Below are positions 13,430 through 23,668 of a DNA stretch of 64,000 nucleotides, one piece after another. Every line of letters starts with the position of its first letter. Position 1 is the first letter of the stretch. The notes beneath the pieces are model-generated. The model was not told the DNA's origin. It ran no database searches and saw nothing but the letters and a program-made list of their open reading frames with translations. Origin of the DNA: Sminthopsis crassicaudata (Eukaryota); assembly GCF_048593235.1 (NCBI RefSeq), contig NC_133620.1, positions 294,515,765-294,579,764 on the forward strand. Reading direction: 5' to 3'. The position numbers and the translations under genes were made by a program.

Positions 13430-14560
13430 AAGAAAAGGAAGACGGGCCAGGCGCCCCCTCTCCGTGGAGATGCCCCAGCTGGGTCAGGTTCAGTCAATGC
13501 AGGGGCCGAATGTCACTTCCTAGAACTCCACTCGATCCCAGCAGGACAGTCCAAGACCTACGTTCCCCGTCCAGCAGACGCCAATTGAATGATTGCCACG
13601 TACGTGTGTTTGAGCCAATGAAAAGTGCCCTTAGGCGGGACGTAGAGATTCGGAATTTTCTATTAACCACTAGGCATAGTTCTGTGACCCGGAGGGACGG
13701 GACGAACAGCGCTGAATGGCCCTCTGGGCTGGTAGGCGGCTTTCTTAGCCAATGTGAACCAGTAAGGTTGAACCCGGAACTAAAGCTGGATATTTTTGAA
13801 CCCTAGTCTTAGGTCGGAGTCTGACAATACAGACAGAATTGGAGACTCTGGGGTGAATCTCCCGGAAAAACAAAAGCGTCACTGACGGCTCCAAATTGTC
13901 AATCCACTAGCCGGACAGTACAAAAGGGTATAACCTGAGACATTTTAGAGAGAAGGGGCGAGGATGAGATTCTTGAGCCAATGTCTAAGAAGGGAGGGGG
14001 GATTGTCTGTGGCGAGACATTATAGGTAAGACTTAGGAGCCGAAGAAGCGAGGCCTCTGCAGAAGGGCGTCTCGCGCATTTGCCAAACTCCATTAATCAG
14101 AAGGCGCATCCTCCTCCTGTAGTTTCCACCCATTCCTGACATTGGTCCTTGAACTCGTCCCTCCGCTAGCATCCCAGTTTGGGCGTTCCCTAGCGTTCCC
14201 CAATCAGAATATTTGATCCTTAAACCCGCCCCCTTTCTATCAGTTCTATCTGGATGGGGGCCTCCCGGAACCTCTGTTGTTCAAATTTCGTGCCTGCAGT
14301 AGTTTGGGGTTGAGCCCAAGGCGTTCCTCTCCCTTCCCCGGGCGCCTGGTCCCGGTCCTGGTCTGCCGGACTGGGCTTTCCAACGTGCCTGTGGAGAGGC
14401 CCCTCCGGGCCTGCGCTTCCCTTGTGAGGGTGGGGCGGGCGGCAATACTGCGCATGCAGGCACTAGGAGCCTACTCTCCTGCTTGGAAACGTAGCCCCAG
14501 GGTTTGGTTGAGCTGGGATCTGTTTTAGCGCGCCATCTTTGCTGACAACAGTCTTGGGGA
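13430..14560. promoter_or_regulatory. CpG-island promoter at the MOSPD3 position
   Basis: CpG-rich block in CpG-poor DNA. Motifs: AGCCAAT at 13613, 13747 and 13976; CCAATCA at 14200; CCGGAA ETS-like cores; GC box GGGGCGGGC near 14432; NRF1-like TGCGCATGCA at 14449-14458; YY1-like CGCCATCTTT at 14531-14540. Confidence 0.75.
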
Positions 14561-16560
14561 CAGAAGGATGTGGGGACTCTTAGTTCCCAATCGACTTTTG
14601 AAGTATACATTCCATCGCCTCTTAAGGTAACCCTATCGGTTCCTCCTGTGTGACAGGGAAGCAATTGTGTCAAGCTCCTGTCACTAGACTCTTTGGAAGG
14701 CTCTAGAGCTTCTCCACAGCCATCATTTGTCATTTTCTCTAATCCCCGTTTCTCCCCTCAACTCCTCTTGAAAGATATAGTATATCATCCGGTCCTCATC
14801 TCTAGCATTACCATGGGGGGGAGGGGAGAGGGACCTAGGGTTGAAACCGGAGCCTGTGTGGTGAGCATATAGGGATATGCTCAAGGCCACATACTTGATC
14901 AGCACCTACTATCCCTATCAAACCTACCAGTTTCTTGGCAGCGAGGGTGTACATGGAGATGCTGGAAGCAGGTGGGGTTGGAGAAAGGGTCAATATGAAA
15001 GTTACTTCACAGACCATCTGACCTAGACCACAGGCTGATGAATTAATCAGGAAACATTAAGGTCCTGCCATTTACCAGAAGAGGTAGGCCCTGCCCCCAA
15101 GAGGTGAGTAATGATGCTAACGTGCTAGGCCCTTCCCTCTTTTCTCTGACTGCTCTACTCTCTAACCCTCAACTGCTTGTCTCAGAATTCTGTCAGTCAC
15201 AAAGGTCTCATTTCCAAAATATATAGAGAACTGACCCTAATTTATAAGAAATCAAACCATTCTCCAATTGATAAATGGTCAAAGGAAATGAACAGACAAT
15301 TCTCAGATGATGAAATTAAAACTATTTCCACTCATGAAAGAGTGTTCCAAATCACTATTGATCAGAGAAATGCAAATTAAGACAACTCTGAGATACCATT
15401 ACACACCTGTCAGATTGGCTAAGATGACAGGAACAAATAATGATGAATGTTGGAGGGGTTGTGGGAAAACTGGGACACTGATACATTGTTGGTGGAGTTG
15501 TGAAAGAATCCAACCATTCTGGAGAGCAATCTGGAATTATGCCCAAAAAGTTATCAAACTGTGCATACCCTTTGACCCAGCAGCGCTACTACTGGGATTA
15601 TATTCCAAGGAAATACTAAAGAGCGGAAAGGGACCTGTGTGTGCCAAAATGTTTGTGGCAGCTCTTTTTGTAGTAGCTAGAAACTGGAAGATGAATGGAT
15701 GTCCATCAATTGGAGAATGGTTGGGTAAATTATGGTATATGAAGGTTATGGAATATTATTGTTCTGTAAGAAATGACCAGCAGGAGGAATACAGAGAGGC
15801 TTGGAGAGACTTACATCAACTGTTGCTGAGTGAAATGAACAGAACCAGAAGATCACTATACAGTTCAACAACAATACTGTATGAAGATGTATTCTGATGG
15901 AAGTGGATTTCTTCAACATAAAGAAGATCCAACTCACTTCCAGCTGATCAATGATGGACAGAAATAACTACACCCAGAGAAAAGGAACACTGGGAAATGA
16001 ATGTAAATTGTTAGCACTACACTACTGTCTATCTACCCAGGTTACTTATACCTTCGGAATCTAATACTTAATGTGCAACAAGAAAATGGTATTTACACAC
16101 ACATATTGTATCTGGGTTATATTGTAACATATGTAAAATGTATGGGATTACCTGTCATCGGTGGGAGGGAGTGGAGGGAGGGGGGATAATTTGGAAAAAT
16201 GAATACAAGGGATAATATTATATATAAAAAAATTACTCATTTACTCATGCATATATACTGTGGAAAAAAATTCTAAATAAAATAAAAAAAAATAAAGAAT
16301 TCTGTCAGTCAACGAGCCCCTTGGAGTAGGATCTCTGGGACCCAGTGCCTCATTTGGGGAGAAGAGAAAGGGAAGAACGGGTGGAACTGCAAACAGTGAA
16401 TATCCCAGACATCTTCAGCCCCAGTATCTATCTTCTCTTACCTTCTGACAGTCTATATGTGACCTACTTCTACTCCTTTTTCTGCATGGACAATTCAGTC
16501 CCTTCTCCCCCCACATCCTACATGATTCTCTGGGACAAATATTAGTGTCTTGAATGCTAG
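14254..16560 (+). pseudogene. MOSPD3: Decayed MOSPD3 (motile sperm domain-containing 3) locus
   Basis: Syntenic slot. 14346-14363 encodes LVPVLV (human VVPVLV). 14411-14428 ctgcgcttcccttgtgag matches the exon 1 end (human TALRFR) but with TGA, and is out of frame with LVPVLV. 16409-16553 holds LLLLLFLHGQFSPFSPHILHDSLGQILVS* (human [29 protein letters not shown]) with upstream frameshifts. Exon 2 and 3 remnants (about 14530-14610 and 14880-15103) are only weakly recognisable. Human sequence recalled from memory. Confidence 0.72.
15200..16295 (+). mobile_element. 5'-truncated young L1 (ORF2 C-terminus + 3'UTR + A-tail) with 16-bp TSD
   Basis: TSD AGAATTCTGTCAGTCA at 15184-15199 and 16296-16311. 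Translation KGLISKIYREL...[19 protein letters not shown]...[16 protein letters not shown] is the L1 ORF2 C-terminal cysteine-rich region. Confidence 0.95.
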
Positions 16561-17289
16561 TAATAGCCTCTCAATATCATTGAGTTGGGATTGGAAAGGG
16601 TGGGCAGGACACTGAATCCTTGCAAGGAACTGACTTCTGATGCCCTTTCCTTTTTTTTGCCTCTCTTTCCTGCTCTTTTTCTCGGTGGCTTTCTTTGAAA
16701 TGTAGATCTCCCCTTCTATTTTGGGTGTAGAGTTTGAGAACAATCAGAGACATTGACATTTTGATTTATTCATTCAGACATGTACTAGGTATTTCCTCCC
16801 CAACATCTCTTGAGCCTGATAATTTTTAATAATTTTACAGAATGAATAATAAAAATATAAAAAGTCAATGTGAAGAAAATCTTATTTCCATTCCTATACT
16901 TACCCTTTTTCTTCTTTCTAGTGAAATATAGTCTGCCTTTCAGTGTCCCTGAGATCTAGATGTTTAATGACTCTTAGAATGAGCTCCTATTTGGGAGAGT
17001 CAGTTGACCTAAGCTGAATTACTTGTATGATTTTAGCAAGTTCCTCTACTTTATTAATCTCAGTTTTCTTCTATATAAAGAGAAAGTTAAGCAACAACAA
17101 AAAGCCAAACAACATAGTTTAAAATCAGCAAAATATTTTTAAGTGGCTTTCCCTAATTACCTTGTCAGCAAGTGACAGAAGCAGGACAATTTACTTGAGC
17201 CCAACTTTAGCTATGTTACATAATTGCCCTTAACCCTAAAATTCTGCCTTCAGCTCTCTGCTATTCAGGTAGAGCTTTCATCTATAATC

Positions 17290-18062
17290 CAGCTTCTTAA
17301 ACTGTGGGTTGTGATTCTGTTCCATGGGTCTCATAACTGAATGTGTGAGGGCTAGAAATTATGATTATCAGTAAATGTCTGATTTGGAGATCTATTTTAT
17401 ATAGTTATGATGGGAGTGAACCTTTTAACTGTGTTCCCTTTAATCTGTAAAAGAAAGATGACTGGGGTCTCAAGATCTCCCCTGGGAAAAGTATACCTTT
17501 CCCAGACAATGCCCTCCTCCCCAAGTTAAGTGGTCTTATTCAGTTGGAGATCTCAGCCTAGTAGTCCTATTGAGAAGGTTCCAAGATAAGTAATCTCTTT
17601 TCAATTGGAAATATAAGCCTGGGGCATTGAAGCCCAAGCCTCAGACTACTAATAAAAGACAATGCTGAACCTCAAATCTTTGCAGAAGTCTGAAACAGGA
17701 ATTTGCTTTGCCAAGGAAGCTCTCTTCTTGGCAAGGCTGCCTGCCAGGACTTTTACCCACTGTGAAGATATTCTCTTCTCAGTGTTAACCTTTATTTCCC
17801 TAACAGGACCTTTTACCCACCAAGAAGTCTTTCTTCCTAGCAAAGCTGGATTCTCAGTGCCAATAAAAATCCCTTTTGTCACACACACTTTTTGGGTTTG
17901 TGAATTTTTTCAAATTGGACCTGGGCTGACCAGAGAGGATTCCCCACCCCAATTCTCTCACCTTTTTACTACCACTATAACCTCATCAGTTTTATGTCCA
18001 GGGTCATGTAAAAATTTCTTGTACACAAAGGGGTGAAGAATAGAAAAGGTTTTAAGAAGCTG
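17290..18062. mobile_element. Non-autonomous DNA transposon (hAT-like) with a nested LTR-like insert at about 17408-17960
   Basis: Terminal inverted repeat CAGCTTCTTAAA (17290-17301) / TTTAAGAAGCTG (18051-18062). The insert has TG...CA ends, TATA-like and AATAAA motifs. No clean TSD seen. Confidence 0.55.
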
Positions 18063-18335
18063 TAATAAAGAATATTAACTTTAATATGAGAAACCTGCTT
18101 TTTAATAGGTAAAATATTATGTGAATCCCCACATAGCAAGGACATTTTATTCATATCTGTTAATTGAGATAAAGCAAATGACATATTATAGTTTCAGTAG
18201 ACATTTTCAGAGGAACCAGTATAGTATATTGAAAAGAATAAAAAGATCACTGAACTTGAAGTTCAGAGAGATCTGACATAAAATCCCAGCAACTGCTTGA
18301 CTGACTTGTACCAATTAATGTTTCTGAGCATCAGT

Positions 18336-18903
18336 TTGCTCATCTGTGAAATAGATAATTACCTAATAATTAGGTTGGAAGGAAACTGCCTTTAAAACTT
18401 TTTAATGCCTTAAAAACTTTTAAAGTGTAAAACTTTACACTATGTAAATGTAAGTTAATTTCTCTTGTTATAAACTTGACAAATATCTGGAAAAGTATAG
18501 ATACAAAGAACAGAAAAAGAGGTTTGAATATGAAATTTTGAATTCTTAAATGTCTATTAAATTTGATATGGAAGTCCTAACAAGTCCTGTTTGTCTGTGT
18601 CCCTTTCCAAATGGTTTTGTGATTTCTTTTTGCTCATCTGTGAAACAAAGATAACTACCTTTATTAGGTTGGAAGGAAAATACCTTTAAAACTTTGAAAC
18701 ACTATGTAAATGTAAGTTAATCTCTCTTGTAATAAACTTGACAAATATCTAGAAAAATATAGATACAAAGAACAGAAAAAGAGGTTTGAATATGAAACTC
18801 TGAATTTCTTAAATTTCTATTAAATTTGACATGGAAGTCCTAACTAGTCCTGTTTGTTTGTGTCCCCTTCTAAATGGTTTTGTGATTTCTTTTGCATATT
18901 TTA
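18336..18903. repeat. Tandem duplication, period about 294 nt, two diverged copies running into an assembly gap
   Basis: ttgctcatctgtgaaa...attaggttggaaggaaa...tatgtaaatgtaagttaat...ggttttgtgatttctttt starts at 18336 and again at 18630. Confidence 0.9.
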
Positions 18904-19210
18904 NNNNNNNNNNNNNNNNNNNNNNNNNNNNNNNNNNNNNNNNNNNNNNNNNNNNNNNNNNNNNNNNNNNNNNNNNNNNNNNNNNNNNNNNNNNNNNNNN
19001 NNNNNNNNNNNNNNNNNNNNNNNNNNNNNNNNNNNNNNNNNNNNNNNNNNNNNNNNNNNNNNNNNNNNNNNNNNNNNNNNNNNNNNNNNNNNNNNNNNNN
19101 NNNNNNNNNNNNNNNNNNNNNNNNNNNNNNNNNNNNNNNNNNNNNNNNNNNNNNNNNNNNNNNNNNNNNNNNNNNNNNNNNNNNNNNNNNNNNNNNNNNN
19201 NNNNNNNNNN
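18904..19210. other. Assembly gap (N run)
   Basis: Run of n characters. Confidence 1.
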
Positions 19211-19282
19211 CTCTCTCTGGCTTCATTGCCATTACCTCTCCCTACTCCCCCCTGGAATATTCTTACCTAAAATATCATTCTC

Positions 19283-19722
19283 TGTGATCTTGAGGGACTT
19301 CTGGAGGCAGCCTTCCTTTCAGTTCAGTGTTATAATCACCCCAAATGCAGCCAGGAGTTAAAATCCAAATCCTTTATTATTTTCTTTTAAGTCTTGTTTC
19401 CTTCCTTGGGCCCCGTAGCTTTCTTAGAGGCTTATCTCTCTTCCTTGGTTCCTGCTGCTAGTCCTTTGCCTCTGCCAGCTTCAGCCTCTAGCTCCCTTGG
19501 AATCTCCAGCCAGCACAAAGGTGGGATATGGAATGAATTTGACTCCACCTCCGAGAGTGGGCTTGTCCTTTTGTGGGCTCCTCCTTATACATGCTCTCTT
19601 AAAGGTGTAAATCTTGCAGAACTCTAAGAAGTACTAAGTACATCTAGAGAACTGTTAAAGCACCCTGCTAAACAACCTATCAATTCCACTGACTTAGCAC
19701 CTTGTAAGAATTTTAATACTCA
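19283..19722 (-). mobile_element. Solo LTR-like element
   Basis: TG...CA-bounded block with TTTATT (reverse polyA signal) near 19373 and LTR-like composition. Family not verified. Confidence 0.5.
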
Positions 19723-20899
19723 CCCATAACTATCTCCAGGACCAGGGCAAAAGGCACTAGGAGCATGTGAGAATCCCACAAGATAAGCTCTCAACCATCA
19801 GGATTGTCTGAATAAAGTGAAATCAGAACAAGATTTAGGAACTGGTACACCTACATTATACTTGGAGGAAGTTTGTTTTTGTTTTTGTTTTTTTTTGTTT
19901 TTTTGTTTTTTTGGTTTTTTTCCCCCATTAAATCTGGGGAGGATATGAAAAAAAGAAAGTATACAGGATAATTTTGGTAGCAGTACTTTTTTTTTGGGAG
20001 GGGGGGAGAACTATCTTTTTTTCTATACTTAATATTTTATTTTTTTATTACATGTAAAATTGTCAATATTTAGTTGTTTATTTTTTAAAGGTTATAGAAG
20101 TACTTTAATATCAAAATATGTTGATATAGTCGAAGGAACTGGGCTACAGATTTTTCAGTGTTTGCTTCATGCCAATGATATACAGTATTATACAAAGAAT
20201 ATGCATCCTTAGCAGGAACAATAAAATAAATTTATAGAGGACTTTGGGGTGAAAGCACTTTCTTCATAACTACCATAGGATATAAGTAGTACTTTTATAC
20301 CCATTTTATGGATAAGAAAACCATGTTAAGAAAAGGTTAAGTGATTTATGCAATGTCCAATAGACAGTGACAGAGCCGGAGTGTGAATCTTATCTCTTGC
20401 CTTCAAGTTCAACAATTTTCACTGGAACTAACCTCAATTTCCTCTTCCTAAGGGCACAATTTTATTTCTTAAAAAAGTTTAATTTCATTGTAGAAGTATT
20501 ACAATAATAGCCCAACAAAATCACAGTAGTTTATTACGTACATGTACAATGACAAATATAAGAATGATTATAATAAAATTTTTCTAACTTTAAAAGCTGC
20601 AAGGTTTTGATCACATCATTAAAATGCATAAGTTTTGCAGTAAAATAATCAGTGATTACTTAGTCCATATTCACTATCTGTTGAATTCTACAGTCCTTTT
20701 TTTCCAAACCCTTTCCAACACTTGGAATATATCACAAGGTATATTTTGCATAAACATGAACGTTACTACATTTATTCTGGACTATATCAGAGGTACAGAA
20801 GATTTTCATCAAATTCACTTTTCTATCTACACTGTTTTTTCTACAAATTATATATTAGCATCAATGGGGGCTTTGAGCCTTTATTCCAATACTTGCAAC

Positions 20900-21600
20900 T
20901 TTTTTTTTTTTTTGGAAGTACTTATAAAAGACTTCTTTTTTCCAATTTTTTTTCCAAAACATGTATACATGGATAATTTTCAATATTCATCCTTACATCC
21001 TTATTTTTATAAGATTTTTGATTTCCATTTTTTTCTCTTTCCCTCCCCACACAAGATAGCAGTAAGCAATATGATATCTGTTAGGTTATATATGTAAAAT
21101 AATATTAAACATATTTCCACATTAGTAGTGTTACAAAAGAAGAATCAGGACAAAAGGAGAAAACCCCATGAAAGGAAAAACAACAAAAAAGTGAAATAGT
21201 ATGCTTCATTTGTTCAGGTTCCATATTTCTTTGGATATGGCTATCATTTTCCATCATGAGTCTCTTGAAATTGTCTTAAGATCATTGTATTGCTGAGAAG
21301 AGCTAATTCTTTCAAAACTGATCATCGAACAATGGTACTGTTATTATGTATGATGTTCTCCTGATTCTGTTCATTTACCTCAGCATCAATTTATATAAGT
21401 CTTTTCCAGCTTTTTCTGAAATCTGCTTAACATTTCTTATAGAACCATAGTATTATATTCTATTCATATACCATAATTTGTTCAGCCATTTTCCAATTGA
21501 TGAGCATCCCCTTGATGTCTAATTCTTTGCCACCACAAAGAGAGCTTGCTTATATATGTGAGTCCTTTCCTCTCTCTCTTTTTTTTTTTAATAATCTCTT
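20900..21600 (-). mobile_element. Older L1 3' end fragment
   Basis: Poly-T head followed by the reverse of a typical marsupial L1 3'UTR/ORF2 end (gataattttcaatattcatcc..., ccaattgatgagcatcccc...gccaccacaaagagagct). Confidence 0.6.
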
Positions 21601-22379
21601 TAGAATACATTTTACAGGAGTTAGGTTTTTATAGAAATCTTTAACATTTAACAAAGCAGAATTATACAGCAAAAAATACACCAAAAAATTCATCTGTGTA
21701 GTCTGTCTAAAATAACTAGAGAAACCTCTCTACATAAACAGCTACTTTTATCCTTGTATCAAAACTCCTAATCTCTTAGATTTATTTGCAATGCTTAAAC
21801 TGTGAGAAGATCAGAGTCAGTTATCTTTGTCTGTTACTGTTATTCTTGACTTCTCTTGATTTATGTCATATAATCCAGAGATTGTTACCTCAAGAGATCC
21901 CTTCTCAAGAATTAAGTTCTTCAAAGACTTTCTCTTTTTCTGATCCTCCCTCAGTCTAGTCAATCTTCACAAAACAATCTTCACAAATAACTCATAAAAT
22001 GATAATTAAGTTGTCACTTCAAGATTCTATAGGTTCTTTTAATTGGGGTCCTTGAATTTCTTTTTAAAATATTTTATTACTATATTTCAATATAATTGGT
22101 TTCCTTCTGAAATCCTATATTTTATTTTACACATTTTAAAACATTGTGAGGAGTATATGGGTTTCATAGTGGTCCATGATACAAAAAAGTTAAAAACATC
22201 TTTCCCATGGGGATGCTTCTAAATCAAGTGTTGTATATTTGTATATACATATATATATGTACATATATATATATATATGTAGTCTATTTGTCTTATCAAA
22301 AAGAATAAAAATTTATTAGCATGTATCATGTGAAAAATGAAAGAGAATCTGGCTTTGTGAATAGAGACTGCTGAACTTA

Positions 22380-22830
22380 GGAAGATAAAAAATTCATCTA
22401 CTTGTCTCCTGAGGAAGCGACAGTTAGAACTAAACATGGAACAATTGATTAGACTTGGTTTAAGATTGGAAAAGGAGGATACTAGGCTGTATCTTGTTAC
22501 CTTATTTATTTAATTCATATGCAGAGTACATTATAGGAAATGCCAGACTGTATGAATCAAAGGCCGGAATTCAGGTTGCTAGGAGAAATACCAATAATAT
22601 TAGATATGATACCATTCTGATAGCAGAAAATGAAGAGGAATTAAGAAGTTTCTCAGAGAAGGTGAAAGAGAAGAGTATAAAAACTGGCTTAATGCTTAAT
22701 ATGAAAAAAAAACTGTCACTTCTTGGCAAATCAAGGTGAAAAAAAAATGGAAACAGTATTAGATTTTATATTCTTGAACTTAAAGGTCATTGCAGATGTC
22801 AACTGCAGCCATGAAATTAAGAGATGCTTG
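22380..22830 (+). mobile_element. RTE/BovB-like LINE reverse transcriptase fragment
   Basis: ORF 22494-22739 LPYLFNSYAEYIIGNARLYESKAGIQVARRNTNNIRYDTILIAENEEELRS resembles BovB RT (LFNLYAEYIMRNAGL...IKIAGRNINNLRYADDTTLMAESEEEL). The YADD motif is decayed. Confidence 0.8.
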
Positions 22831-23101
22831 CTTAAGAGAAGATATGGCAAAACAAAGACTCAAATTCCACTTTCTGCAAGGCAATTTCCTAGTTTTCCTC
22901 TGCTGCCTCATCTCCCTTTCCATCCATTCTCCATGAAGTATTTGTTCCTCTGAGATTACTTTCCATTTATGCTATATTTATCTTGTGTTCAGTTGTTTGC
23001 ATGTTATATTTCCAATTAAAAAATTAGTTCCTTGAAGGCCAGGACTGTGTTATTTCATTTCTTTGTATCCCTAGCATTTAATACAATATTTGGCCCATAG
23101 T

Positions 23102-23448
23102 TGTGAAGTCCAGGCTAGCTCCCTGGAGGCTCAGAATCAGCCGGAGTCAGGATAAGCAAAAGTCCTTTGTCTTCAGGGGGAAAAGTGAAGGGGATAGACA
23201 AAACTGCCACAAGCTCTTCACCAACCTCCCTTCTCCTCATTCTCCTCCAAAGTGACTCTGACTTGTCTCATTCCACCCTCTAATCCCTCCTACAATTATG
23301 TGTACACACCAAAGATCAAGCCAGCACGTAATAGTGAGAAGGGCCATTTTCCCAAGCATATGGTTGTTATTGTCCAATAGGTAATTAGCCTTAAGTGCTG
23401 GGTTGTCTGATTCCAGTGCACCTCTTCAGAGTTTCATCCCTTTATACA
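23102..23448. mobile_element. Solo LTR with 4-bp TSD (ERV1-like)
   Basis: TG...CA ends flanked by TAGT at 23098-23101 and 23449-23452. Confidence 0.7.
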
Positions 23449-23668
23449 TAGTAAAGATTTATTCAATTTTTGTTTATTGAAAGATAAGACAGGTGGAAGT
23501 TAACACCAGATATTGGGGGTAGGAGGGTGAGGAAGGTTCACATGAATGCATGGAATCAGATAAAACAATATTTTTCTTAAAAAATGGAACTCTGATTATA
23601 AGGGCCTTAAACACTTGGCTAAGAAATTATCTTCTCCCTTGATTTTTTATTACCATTCTTTTAGCAGG

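Noticed and set aside
13297-13806. 169-aa plus-strand ORF after PCOLCE
   Set aside because: Lies in the CpG-island promoter, where stop codons are rare; non-ATG start and no homology recognised.
15307-15897. 196-aa ORF (and the similar one at 32246-32647) as host genes
   Set aside because: These are L1 ORF2 C-terminal fragments inside TSD-bounded insertions.
18831-19361. ORFs spanning the N run
   Set aside because: Artefacts of translating an assembly gap.
20624-21097. 157-aa ORF
   Set aside because: AT-rich, Phe/Ile-biased read-through into a reverse L1 tail; no splice or homology support.
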